Part shown: one piece after another, positions 50,509 through 63,334 of the stretch
How positions within the stretch are numbered: position 1 is the first letter of the stretch
How the letters are laid out: each line of letters starts with the position of its first letter
NCBI GenBank assembly: GCA_030265395.1
Contig: JARFYF010000104.1
Location: 61,807,215-61,870,935, forward strand
Reading direction: 5' to 3'
Source: Rhina ancylostomus
Taxonomy: Eukaryota
DNA length: 63,721 nt
The notes under the pieces: model-generated
The model's database searches: none
What the model was told of the DNA's origin: nothing
Seen by the model: the letters and a program-made list of their open reading frames with translations, nothing else
Made by a program: the position numbers and the translations under genes

Positions 50509-53500
50509 CCATAATATTTTAAGATCAGTGCAGTTTTTTCTCAATTGTAGTGATGATGTCAGTTATTATCCATCTGTATATTATGTTCTCAGTTCCATCA
50601 TTGCCAAGTCAACAAAGCTATCCATAAGGTGAACAGAATATAATCATAAAGAAGTAACAGATACAGGAGAAAACTAAAAGGCAGTAATTGCTGTTATTTG
50701 TTACATATGTGATATGCTGCAAATATTTTTTATATCTTAATTATGCATATCATTGATGAAACTGACATATAAAAAATTCTCAGGGGAGCTGGCATCAAAG
50801 GAATTAAATGACAAACTAAAGATAATTTAACGACTAAAATCATTTAATATAGGTTATCATTAGACAGTCTGCCACAAACTATTTTGGTATCAAATTGCAT
50901 CCCTTGTGATTTTTTTTTTCACCCAGATTCAAGTGTTGCATCAATAGCGACTCTCCAGGTTACTGACCTTAGCTCACAGTTGCCATAACATTTTAAGCAC
51001 TTAAGTTTTAATGAGTTTTACAGAACACCATGGAATTACATTGAATGAAGCTGTAACATTCTTTTCCTCCCCTGATATTTTGCATTATTGTGCAAGAAAG
51101 ACAACTTTTTTGGCTGTTGATTCAAATATTTCTATTAATATGTACCATCTGCACAGGTAAATACATGTGTTTGATGTGCAGGACTTTCCTTGAGCTCCCT
51201 TTTTCTGAATAAAGGATCTAAAGAATGCATTGTGTTCTTTCTTCAAACTCAGCAGAAATATCATGTTCAAAAAGTAACTCAGAATCCTCTGTATTTGGTA
51301 CTGCTATTGATAAACACATGGAAATCATTACAGTGAGATGATAATTTAATTATTTAATGCATTTGAAATTGAGGACAACTGTAAAAGCCATACTATTATT
51401 TTGGTTGAGACCACTTAGATCAGTAATGAAATTGGATGAAACCTCAAAACTACTTGATTTGTATGTCATCATAATTCATTGATTAAACATATTGGTACAA
51501 TTTTAACCTAACTCGCTATCTATGTTAACAGGGGCAGTTGTGAGCATAAGCAGTGAAGGATGGCATTTAGTTGAATTCAGTGGACATTAAGAGGGAGATT
51601 GTAAACTAAGCTTTAGACATATATGCTAAAAATCATGTGTTAGTAGCTAAAATATCTTCAGTTCTCTAATCATAAAAGCATGTTGGTACCTTTTATCAAA
51701 ATATATCGTAAGAGCAGTGGTCATTGAGCCCCCTGTCCCCAGAGGAAACAGCCTCTCAGAATCTATCCTATATTTTCTCTCAAAATAAATTTGAATATTC
51801 TATTTTATCAAATTCCTTTTGAGAATCCAGATACGCAGCATCCATCGAACTTGCCAGCTAAATTAGATTAGTTTTAATTAGATTTGTCAAACCCAAATTT
51901 TCCTCTCATAAGAATGAACATACTCATTTCAAAGGAAAATTATATTATAATTTCACTAAAAATTATCAAAAACAGTAAGTCACATTGTGTTAGTCCATCA
52001 CAGAGCTTCATGTAACCCACTAGAAAAATATGTGCATTAGTATGACTTAAGTGGAAACTAAGTAGAAATTCTCTGTTGCTCTTGTTACTTTAAATTGTGT
52101 ATGCTAATGATATTTCTGTTCATGTATGTCAAGATGCAATTTCAGTTTATGAGACTATTGCTTATTGTGGCCTTAAGCAAAATAGAAATTGGACTGAATT
52201 CCCAACTTGATTTCACATTAAATGGTAAAGAAACAATTTCAATCTATTAATCTAGATTTGGTATGAAGCCTGTTTCTATAATTAAGGAGGTAATGTACTA
52301 CTGCACTACTCGGGTTTTCTTTTAAATAATCAATTTATTATGGCAAATATTAGTGGTCCAATTGTCTTATAATATGCCTGCTCCTATAGGACTCTGTCAT
52401 GATTGTTGTATTTTTCAATGCACACAAACATGTAACATATATTAGTAAGGATTAAAAACAGTTATGCAAATATTGTTGAAAAAAGGTTAATACAATTGAA
52501 TTTGTCTATTATTTTCACAGGGGTGGAAGGAAGTTAAAGTGTTCATTGTAATATTTACTTTAAAGTATTAAACAAAGGAGTTTCATTTCACCATGTTAAG
52601 CACGTGCCCATATTATTCATTTCCACAATAGGCTACAAATTATGTCTTTTTATATTAGTGCTTGATTTTATTATAATGCACAATATATAATGGTTAAAAT
52701 CATCAGAAAATGTTTAAAATTTAAGATTGTAATGTTTCCATTAGTTATGCTTGTCAGATCAAATTCTTGACAACTCATTCTATTTCAGAAATGCATTTTA
52801 TAAAAGTACAGCTCCACCAGTGTGCTTTTATCATTATAATAGAACGTCACTGATTCCAATCAGGTCTGTTCTACGTGATAGACTGAGGACAATGGTACTG
52901 TTGTTTTTTTAATTACTAATTTGCTTGGATTTGCTGTCGTTTTGGTTGCTGGGAATAGAAGTCTCCTCTGTTGTGACCTAACTGACTCAGTTGCACTTGT
53001 CTAAACATGTTCCAGGTATTTATTTAATGGTAATTTGGCAAACAGATATCACATGCTTTTTTTATAATTGGTACTACTCTGTTTGTTCAGCAAAGCATTA
53101 ACATCATGCATAATTTATTGAACTAGAAGTGCATTTATGTGCATCTTGTGGCATCATGTTGTGAAATTCTATTATCTGTTGAAAGTTGGCCACTTTTCCT
53201 GAGAAAGCTTCATCCAAGATTAATTTTAAGATTTACTTCAGGACACTTAAATGGCCTACTTATACTGTCATGCAAATGTTCTTTTATATGTTTTATGTTC
53301 TGTTCTTTTCTATGCAACACGAGTGACTATGAAGTTATTATTTAAAAGATTGAGAAAATATTTGGCTTAACCATCAAGGTTGGTAGTGTTCTGCAGTATT
53401 CTGTGGGAATTTTGAGTCATGAGAGTACACTTTGGCAGGCTCATTCACCCTTACGGTAATGTGGACTGTCTGGGCTTCCAGCCTGCCATTTGCGCAACAA

Positions 53501-55039
53501 GGCATTCAAGGGAGATGGTTAGAATAGTCATTAAGAGAGATGGCATCATGAAGAAGGACAGCACATGCTGTTTGTGTTGGGCTCTGGATCAGTGAAGATG
53601 CAAACCTGATGCTATCCTTAACTTTGTGAGTACTAAGATTCAATTTTAATTGTTCTTGATAAATGGATCCACATGGCATGAAGTGTTCTACTTTTGACCC
53701 ATTGATCTGAAGGCATGCCACTGGGTAGCAATGCAATATGCCAGATTATTCTCAGATAATTGCTATGGGGGGTATTGGACTCAGTAAGATAGTCATTGTT
53801 AGGTCAAAGTCAAAGGTATGCATAGTCCTTGGCAAACTATCAAAAGAATATCAGCTACAAAGTTCATGGAGAAAGACAGTAAGAAGCATACATTTTATGG
53901 ATCCAAAACCCCACTTTTAGGAAAATATAGAGCAACTCTGTATCTCAACAAATCAGAATAAAATATTGCAATATAACACGACAAGGACAGAGAAGAGAGC
54001 AACTATTGCCATAGATGAAATCAATGTAATATCAGGTTCAGGAAGAGGAATTAAAAAGAGGGGCATAGAAACTGGATTAAGAGAAAAAAATACATTTCTT
54101 ATTTCTCAAAACAATTGAGTCTTGGTGAATTAAGGTTCCACATCTGTAATTGTTAATCTTTAGTTTCTGCAGTAATTAAGATGTATCATATTGTCAAAGG
54201 TTATTTCAAGTAGAATTGATATGCCTTAACTTATGTTTATGATTTTAATTTGAATTACGATAAAGACAAATAAATTATACAAATAAAGACCTTTATGGAA
54301 ATCAATGTATTAGATTGAGGCAACTATTAGACCAAATACAATTTCATAAAGCTAATGGCAGAATTGTACAACTAGACGAAAAACCTTTGGATTTCTGAAT
54401 TTAACCTAACATTTTTCCTTTACTTGATGCTCTGCAATTTGCATATAATTGTCAGTAAGGACCATTAGCCTCACCATTGTCTTGGCAGTAAGATCTGGGC
54501 CTAATTATAGAGAAGTTGCAGACTCCATTAAGGAATGAAAATAAATGATACATAGGGAAATGAAACATACCAAAGTTGTCATCATTGTTGACAATTATTA
54601 ATTAATCTTAAGTAGAACTATGAATTACTACTGTGCATGCAGTTATATTGAATTAATTTCTAAAGTCACTACATAAAATCTTTTTAATGTTTTCATTTGA
54701 CAATTACAAAGCAATCTTGGAGTTTTGGCAAAAGCTTCGAGAGATATGCTATCATATTTGAGCACATAGGTGCATATGAGATACAGTCATTCCTTGATTT
54801 ACAAAAAGAATGTGTTCCTGGGACATAATTTGTAAGGTGAATCAATAATGTTACAACAGAAGTTTGTCAATTGAGCATTATATATCAAGGAAATTCTGTA
54901 CCTACAGAGTTACAACAGGACTGGCAAAGTTTATGAAAACAATGTTGTTTAGATTGTGAATTATCTGCCTTTTGAACTATTATTGTGATTTTGGTATTTA
55001 TGCAGTTGATTGGAACTGCTTAGTTATTAAGTTCACAGT

Positions 55040-55460
55040 ACATAAGAATGTATACAGGATAAAGAGGCAGGAATAGGCAATTCAGCTACTCACGCCTGGG
55101 CAGCTTTTCAGTTCATCTTTTCAGAAGTCAGAATCTGTTTATTGTCACGTCCATATACACTTACAACATACATGGCTGTTCTCTTACCTCTGTGCAACTT
55201 TTGTCCCCTCACCCTGATTTCCTTAATATCTTAAAATGTATTAATCCCTGTCTTGAATATACTCAGGAATTAAGACTCCACACCCTCTTGAGTAGAGAGC
55301 TCTAAATATTCACCACCCTTTGGCTGAAGATTTCTTCTCATCTCAGACATGAATGGCCGACTTCTTATTTTGAGACTGTAAGCCATGGTTCTAAATACCA
55401 TAGCTAGGGAAAACATCAACTCTGCACCTACCCCTGTCAAGTAAGAATGTTATATGCTAC
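55040..55460 (-). mobile_element. CR1 LINE 3' end, decayed
   Basis: cataagaa...gaggcaggaataggcaattcagct...cttgaatatactca...ttcaccaccctttggctgaagatttcttctcatctcag; same family as 11280-12068. Confidence 0.7.
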
Positions 55461-56149
55461 ATTTCCTGCATGTATATCACCTGATTCTTTCACAAGTTTC
55501 TTGTGAAAAATCTAATTTTGACTGTGGCCTTAGGAATATTTCAACACAAGGAGCAACATTTTCAATAAACATTTACTCAATCTGTTTAGCCGGCATCTGC
55601 TGGAGTGACAGTTTAAGTTAGTGACCCAGGAAATACATGTTGCTATGATACAGAATTCTACAATTCTTCACAGGATTATTCATGCATTAACAAATGCTTT
55701 TCACTTTTCTTTAAGGAAACATTAGCTTTGCTTTATTTCAGTTCTTTGCCATCTAAAGTTACAATGCTATTCATTCTAGCAGATGTCAGGAATACGACAT
55801 AGTCTGAAAATAGTTGATCTTCTCTGTGAATGCTTAAGATACAAATGTACTATGATTACATATTTTAACACTGACATTGTTAGCTTCCACTGATAGACTG
55901 GGAAAATAATTGTGAGGCATTACAGCTAAGGTTAAATATCCAGATAAAAATGCTGATAGATGGATTTATGGTTTCATGATTAGTTGGAATGTAGGAGTGT
56001 ATTAAAATATCTGAAATCCTTTCAAATAGTCAACCATAAAATATTTGATAATCTGGGGAACAGCTTGGATATTAATTTCTTAAAAGTATTAACTCAAATC
56101 CAAACAACAAACAGCAAGGAAATGACAATTCGACCACATGTATGCATTT

Positions 56150-56760
56150 TTTTTCCAGTTCAATTTATGGGCTGTGAGTATCACCTACATGGCCAGCATT
56201 TATAGAAGTCCTGCATAAACAGTGGGAAGAACACACCACCTCACAAACCACCACTCACCTGTCCTGTCAGCTTCCTCCTGCCCCATCCATGGAAGAGTCT
56301 TTGATTCTCACATTGGCCTTGTTAGCCTCCTCAGAAACCACAAAGCCGGAATGAAAGGAAATCATCCTCAGTCCTGAGTGACTGACTGCCTAAGAGGAAG
56401 AAGTATTACCCATTCTTAATTTCTCTTGAGAAGCGGGTGAGCTGCTGCCTTGCAGTCCATTTATAGAAGTCCTGCATAAGCGGTAGGAGGAACACACCAC
56501 CTCACAAACCACCACTCATCTGTCCTGTCAGCTTCTTCCTGCCCCACCCGTTCTCCTACTTGCTCTTGCTAGTATACTATTTTATTTGGGTAAGTAGGTT
56601 TCTAGTCAGCAGTGGCTCCAGAATATTAATGGTGGAAAACTCTGTGATGGTAATGCATTAAGTAACAAGGAGAGGTGGTAAAGAGTTCTCTTGTTGGAAA
56701 TGGTCATCATCTGATATTTTGTGACACAAGTGTTGGTTGCCATTTGTCAGCCCAAGTTTT
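56150..56760 (-). mobile_element. Family B LINE 3' end, with inserted duplicated segment
   Basis: Reverse tail tttatgggctgtgagtatcac...ggccagcatttat / tattacccattcttaatttctcttgagaag...tgcagtccat; also ctcttgttggaaatggtcat...cttgtcagccca-like sequence. Confidence 0.6.
56197..56549. repeat. ~92-bp direct repeat pair (56197-56288 and 56458-56549)
   Basis: catttatagaagtcctgcataa...aacacaccacctcacaaaccaccactca.ctgtcctgtcagcttc.tcctgcccca present twice with few mismatches. Confidence 0.92.
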
Positions 56761-58839
56761 AATGTGATTACTATTTCTAATCTTTGAAAAGTTCTTCTGA
56801 ATCAAATTCAAGTTATTACTTCAAAATATATCTTCATTTTTTAACTAGATAATTAAGCAACAGAAAAAAATCATGGTGCAGGACATCACCTTGAAAAAGA
56901 TAATGACAAATCAATGAAAAATGAAAAGATAGCGCTAGTCTGGTTTCTAATGCAAGCAAATAGATGAAGAACATAGCAAATAGATGAATAGGTTTAGAAA
57001 CAGAGCAGGTTGTCATGTCCATTTGTCAAATGTCACCTCATGTCCTATTGAAATTCCATCTCTTGGGAGGAATATAGACATAGAACATTGTTGATATCAG
57101 GAGTGAAGAGGCAATATTGGAGAGAGGAAAAAAATGAATAAAACTTAGAACACTTTTGAATATCAGTGCAAACAACAATATACACATTTTTTTTCTTTCA
57201 AACAGTTGCTTATAAATTGCCATATAATCACAGCAGGACTGGATGGTAGCAGTCATTTTGATCCAATTTTTTGGATATGGTGGGAAAATTTGCTCAACAT
57301 ATGAGTGGTGTATGACTGGAAGCAGTAATAAAAATTGATGAGTCCTATAACTTTGTTACTCTTGTCCTATATAAAAGGTAATAATGGAAGGAAAGTACTT
57401 TACATATAACTCTGGTAGTTTTTGGGAAAACATCCTGTAAATAATTCATGCTATAATTGAAAGACATCAATAACATATGTGGTAGATGTCAAATCCAGTG
57501 ATTGGGAAGGGAAAAGGAGAAGGAGGTAATAGCCAATGAAATTGAGTAATGAATTTTTATTATAGTGAATATTGCTGACTACTGTGGCATCTCCTTGATC
57601 AAGAAGATGTTATTATAATCAGCCAATCAATATTCCATTCCATGTTTCTAAGTCAAACTATGCTTCCAGGAATTAATCACCCTTGGGCACTCTCTTGGTA
57701 CCTGTCCTCCTTGTGCCTTTTTCTGTGCAAGTGGTGCTACATCCTGCTTCTGGTGCCTGTACCATATTTGGTAGATGGCTGTAGACATTCATTGAGATGA
57801 GTGGAGTAGGCTTGTGCAGTTCTCGGTCTGGAGTCCCAGCTTTGGATTGCACCCTTTTGGTGATGCTGGCTGACCGGAAACAGCAAGGGCATGGGCAGAA
57901 TGGCAATGGTGGGATCACAAATGCTGTGATCATGAGCAAGATTGGCGAACAGATTGCTGGACTGCTATGATATCCTGTGTCTCATTGTGCCTATCATCGA
58001 TGCAAACTGAGCTTGGGTGAAGAAATCCTGAGCTTGTGCTGCTGCTCATGGATGTTGGGTGGACCTCTNNNNNNNNNNCTATGCAATGGAAGCTTAGGTG
58101 TTGCTGCATATTTTCTGCCTTTTTCCATGCTGGAAAGGATGGATCCCAAGCTGTACAAGGTTGGTGCCTGGCATGTCCATGTAGTCTTGCCATTTCATTC
58201 ATGTCATATCCATGGTCTTCTCCTAAAGACCCTACCATCACCCCTCACCCCCATCCCTTTTAAATTCTCTTCTGAGCACTCTACAGTAGAACATATCTGT
58301 GACCCCACCCACTGGGAGTTGACTCCCCACTGCTACCTTTTCCCCTGCTATGTTTGAAAAACTCTCATGCCCGGTATTTGTACAAAGTCTCAGTATCTGA
58401 GCTGGTTGCTATTGTATCAAATGAAATGACACACAGTTTCTAAATCTTTTATGAATTCTTCAACCACCATCTGGCCAAGTTGCAGCTTTTGGTTTTCTGA
58501 AATGGGAAGATAGGAGTCAGAGGAAGCAAGAGATGCATGAGTATACCTTCTGAACCTTCATATCAAAAGAGAATGAAAGAGGGGAAATGGATATGTGGGA
58601 AGGCGGAGTAGTTATGAAGATTATATAAATTTTTGTTTTGTGCCTATACCAAGTCATGGATTCTGTAATAGCTACAACTGTTCAAAGTGATGCAGTTGCA
58701 TTAATCCTCTGCTGAAATTTCCCTGGTAATGTGTCATTGTGTCAAGTAGGAAAATCAAGATTTAGAGATGGATTGTGTTGAAGTGAGGTGAGCTGGAAAT
58801 TGGCAGAATAGGTGATGAAACATTCCAAACATGTTTCTT

Positions 58840-59222
58840 TACATTTTCAGCATTCAGTTTTTCCCTCTCTCCTCTGCTCCTTCATTCATCTGCTCCTTTG
58901 TGCACCCCTTCCAGACATTAGCTCTTGCTATTCACCAGTATTTACCACCCTCTACCCAACCCCGCCACAACTTTGTCATCCAATCTCTCCTGGTTCCCAC
59001 TGTGTCACAGAGCCTTTCTTTTATTCTCTCTTCCCCTTATCTCTCCCTTTGCAACATAAAGCTTGCTTTATTTTTAACTATTTCCCATTCTGATGAGGTG
59101 TTTTTGATCTGAAATGTTGACTCTGCTTCTCTTTCCATTAACATTGCTAGATCTGCTGTATATTTTCAGCATTTTCTGTTTTCATTTCAGATTTCACCAT
59201 CTACAGTATTTGTTTTTGGGTT
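58840..59222 (+). mobile_element. Penelope pseudo-LTR-like remnant with hammerhead core
   Basis: Pyrimidine-rich tract, then CTGATGA (59090-59096) ggtgtttttgatct GAAA (59111-59114) tgttgactct..., and tail cagcattttctgttttcatttcagattt...catctacagtattt. Confidence 0.6.
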
Positions 59223-60329
59223 TTGTAGTCTGATCTACTTGCTGCCATCTAGCTGTAACTTGTCTGGATATTTTTCGTCTGTTACTACCTCATTGAATGT
59301 TGTTTGTAATGTTCCCACTAAGTATTGTTGTTTCTTGTCTGGCCAAGTAATACCTTGTAGTTTGCAAGGGATAATGCCAAATGTAAAGTCAATGCTGTTT
59401 TTGAATGCTCTGATAGCAGGTCACATAGTATTGCAAATCCTTGCTTCCCTTCTATTCAACCCTATAGATTAAACAAGTTCTTATGGTTTATACAATTTTG
59501 CAAGGAATTCAAAATATACAGAATTGCTTTACTTAAGTAAAATATAGTCTGTTTTGTTTAATCTCATCTTCCGTCAGCTATGGATTTACTACCACAGACC
59601 TCAAATTGACTGAACAGATTTACAATCTAAACTCCAATGACATGGGAATGGACCAAAGAGCAAAATTTGTTAATTTTCTTGAACATTTTCTGAATGTCCC
59701 TTTCCTTGATTTTTCTGATGTTTTTCTAGTCATCATTCTCTTGAATAGCATTTAACCATGTATTTGACAATATGTTACTTTACATGAAAAGAAGTCTTAA
59801 AGAAAACATTTGAAGAATGGTCAGGGCATGCTTTTATACTTTCCCAGTAAATACATTTTTCATTATCAGAGCTCACTTTTCCCTTCAGGTTTCTGCATTT
59901 AGGACTCCAAAGATAGTATATTTATGTTTTTTTAAGACATGATTTCAGTTTGGCAAACCTAAAGAGAATGGGACAATTGGATGTTTATTTAGCTAATATG
60001 CCTTTACCATTGCTTTTCTGAAGTATGCAGTCTTCATAATTTATTTACTTGTGAATATAGGAAAGTAGTAAAACTGGCAGGATTGGTCCCATAGAGTAAC
60101 TGAATTTGTTTAGAAAGGCAAAAGAGCAATGAGTCATGGGATCATTTTGCAATTGGGTTTTCCAAGAGATTTTTCAGATTTCCATTTGGCTCTTGTCCTG
60201 TTTTTGTTTTGCTTTATCAGTATCTGTAGCTGCCATGAAATTTCTGTCTGGTGTTTATTGAATACATGTGCTCTACCATTAGGATACAAGAATCCTGTGA
60301 CTAAGAAATAGTACCTTCTATTATTGTCC

Positions 60330-60860
60330 AATAACAGCATTTATATATGTCAGCATCAATGTGGTGTGAGTATGGTCAGTGGCATGCTGTGCCTTCAGTG
60401 AATTCACAATACTTCTGGATCCAAGTGCTCTTACTGCCTCCTCCTTTTTCCACGGGGAGAAAGATAAGCATGTTGTTGTTCTGCAACTGAGAGCATCAAT
60501 GAGCTCCATAACGCAGTCATGTGCTCCAAGCAGATGTTGCAGATGTTTGCTCCATTAGCCTTGAAAGATCCAAAATCATAGAAATTGATGGCCACTGCAA
60601 TCTTTGCGCCTGCAGAATTGCTGATCTGGTCCATCTCTGTGTCTACCGTTATGGTTGCAGCATGTGGCACATCTCAATCATCACTTTGTTACCCTTTGTC
60701 GCCTCATGCACTGCACTTCACTGAATGTCCCCCAAACAACCTTACTGAATGGGCCCTTCTCCTGAGGTCACTTCTCCTCCTCCTCCTCCTCCTCCTGCTT
60801 CTTCTGGCATGTTGCCCTATTCTCTCTGTCCTGTGATCATTCCCTTCATCATTCTGCACA
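60330..60860 (-). mobile_element. PIF/Harbinger (HARBI1-like) transposase fossil, N-terminal half
   Basis: Consecutive frameshifted minus-strand pieces: RRRAHSVRLF, SEVQCMRRQRVTK, KIAVAINFYDFGSFKANGANICNI (cf. V.VALNFYA.GSFQ...GD.C.IS), ELIDAL...LSF...RALG...KAQHATDHTH (cf. VQGAIDCTH). Confidence 0.7.
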
Positions 60861-61494
60861 TCTGTTAAAACGGTCACTAGAGCACCTGTGTCTGCATACA
60901 TGCACTTTCGGTGAAGCCTGAATTCAACACATAGACCCATTGCAATGAAAGGTAATATAGATTGGTAAAGCTGCCACAAGGACTCGGAAGAGACTAAGTT
61001 ACATATTGCTCTAATCAACACTCTATAAATCAATCAGTCAATAATCCTGCAAGTAATTGGCGATGCCTTTAAATAGTTGAGTGGGGTTTATGTCATATTT
61101 GCCAATGAATGGTGGATTGTGCTTGCGAGCTGAACATGTGTTAACTGTGATGTTGACCATTAATTTAGCAGTGCTGGCATTAAGTCAGCATTGTGCACTC
61201 ATGTAACACAATCTGCATACTCTGCAAGTATTCACCAACCCAACTGCCCTTGCCAAAATGGCAGACAGCTCAAATCATGCTATAAAATTGCACATAATAG
61301 CAAATTTGTACCAGCACATCCCAAACAATAACAGCAGAACTGGATTCCATTGCCTAAGTGAGAGCTAAACATAAATGAAGCAAATTTATCACACAATCAC
61401 CTGGTTATGCCTGGCTGAAGTTTGCATATGTCAGGAGGGTGCCGATTGCAAGTGGAAGCATCACCTCTGTACATTTTTGTGACGGCTATTGCCA

Positions 61495-62625
61495 AACTCA
61501 AAGTCGAGTATATTGTCATATGCACAAGTGCATGCACAGGTGCAATGATAAACTTACTTGCAGCAGTATCACAAGCACATAGTATCATATAAGTAGCACT
61601 CACAAGAAAAACATAAATTAAACATAAATTATACACCATTTTTACAAGAAAAAAACGCAATTAGAACAAAAAAACAAAGTCCATTTTAGTGCAAAGTGAT
61701 CAGCATGGTCATAGTGTTGCTGAACTGCAGTGGTGATGAGGGTTTTGCTGGTTGGTTCAACAACCAAATGGTTGAAGGGAAGTAGATGTTCTTGAACCTG
61801 GTTGTGTGGGATTTCAAGCTTCTGTACCTCCTGCCCGATGATAGCTGCGAAAAGATGGCATAGCCCAGATGGTGAGGATCTTTGATTTTAGATGTTGCCT
61901 TCTTGAGGCAGTGCCTCCTGTAGATATTACTAATGGTAGGGAGGGATGTCCCCATGATGTATTGGGCAGAGTCCACCACTCTCTACAGTTCCAGCGCCTT
62001 CGAATTGCTGGACCAGATCATGATGCAACCGGTCAGGATACTTTCAGCAGTACATCTCTAGAAGAGTGTTTGGTGACAAGCCGAGCCTCATTAACCTCCT
62101 AAGAAAGTAAAGATGATGGCGCACTTTCCTTATGATTGCATCTATGTGCTGTGCCCAGGATAGATCATCTGTTAACGCCCAGGAATTTAAAGCTGATGAC
62201 TCTTTCCACTGCCGATGCCCCAATGTAGACTGGCATTGTTCACTCTCCTTCCCCTTCCTGAAGTCAACAATCAGCTTTTTAGTGTTGCTGACCTTGAGTG
62301 GGAGGTTGTTGTTGTGGCAGCACTCAACCAGGTGACCTATCTCTCTCCAGTAAGCTGACTCATCGCCACCTGTGATTCAACCAACAACAGTAGTGTCGTC
62401 AACAAAACTGAAGATGGTATTAGAGCTGTCCTTAGCAACATAGTCATGTGTGTATAGAGAATAAAGCAGGGGGCTAAGCACACAGCCTTGAGGTGAACCT
62501 GTTTTATGATCAGCGAGGAGAAGATGTTGCTACCAATCCTCTCTGATTGAGGTCTGCCAGTGAGGAAGTCAAGTATCCAGTCACAGAGGGAAATACAGAG
62601 GCCCAGGTCTTGAAGCTTGATGATC
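61495..62625 (-). mobile_element. Rex1/Babar LINE 3' portion including RT C-half
   Basis: [30 protein letters not shown]; [11 protein letters not shown]-like region; F.DDTTVVG; KKATSKIKDPHH.GYAIFSQLSSGRRYRSLKSHTTRFKN.YFP. Confidence 0.92.
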
Positions 62626-62989
62626 ATTAAGCACATTAGTAAGGTGGGAACACACAGATCTTAAGACAAAACACTGTACAGTCAGAGGTATTTGCACGCA
62701 TTTTCAAGGTGCCAAAGCTGCACTTACTCTTGCAAGTAGAAGTAGTGAGCATTTTACATCAAAATAGTCATGCTTTCAGTCAAAGACAGGCTTCAGTTGC
62801 TAGGATTAGGGCAGCTGCAGACATCAATGGTCCTGCACAGACATTTTCCTCATGTTCAAAGATAGTTTATTTGTCAACAAGATTGAAAGGACACACAGGT
62901 AACATATCAGGAATCAATAGACATGTCATTATCATTTGCAATTAAGAATGATTAAAACACTGAATTAGAAATGTGTATTTGATTCTTGT

Positions 62990-63070
62990 AAAAATAGAAC
63001 ACTACAGCACAGTACAGGTCCTTCAGCCCACAATGTTGTGCTGACATTTTATCCTGCTCTAAGATCTATC
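62990..63070 (-). mobile_element. CR1 LINE 3' tail at gap edge
   Basis: atagaacactacagcacagtacaggtccttcagcccacaatgttgtgctgac is the reverse of the CR1 tail. Confidence 0.75.
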
Positions 63071-63170
63071 NNNNNNNNNNNNNNNNNNNNNNNNNNNNNN
63101 NNNNNNNNNNNNNNNNNNNNNNNNNNNNNNNNNNNNNNNNNNNNNNNNNNNNNNNNNNNNNNNNNNNNNN

Positions 63171-63325
63171 AACGGGTCAGGCAGCACCTGTGGATGGAAA
63201 TTGATAGTCAATGTTTTGTCTTGATGAACTGATGAAGGGTCTCGACCAGAAATGTCAACTGTCCGTTTCCTTCCATAGATGCTACCTGACCCTCTGAGTT
63301 CCTCAAGCAATTTGTTTGTTGCTCA
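63171..63325. mobile_element. Palindromic Penelope-derived repeat with the best-preserved hammerhead core
   Basis: gggtcaggcagcacctgtggatggaaattgatagtcaatgtttt ... CTGATGA (63229-63235) AGGGTCTCGACCA GAAA (63249-63252) TGTCAACTGTCC...gatgctacctgaccc. Confidence 0.75.
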
Positions 63326-63334
63326 AAAATATTA

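Noticed and set aside
54782-54842. Possible Tigger TIR fragment (TA-CAGTCATTCCTTGATTTAC)
   Set aside because: No matching second end found; too short to support.
60704-61033. Poly-Arg / poly-Leu ORFs
   Set aside because: Produced by a (CCT)n tract at the 5' end of the Harbinger fossil; not an independent gene.
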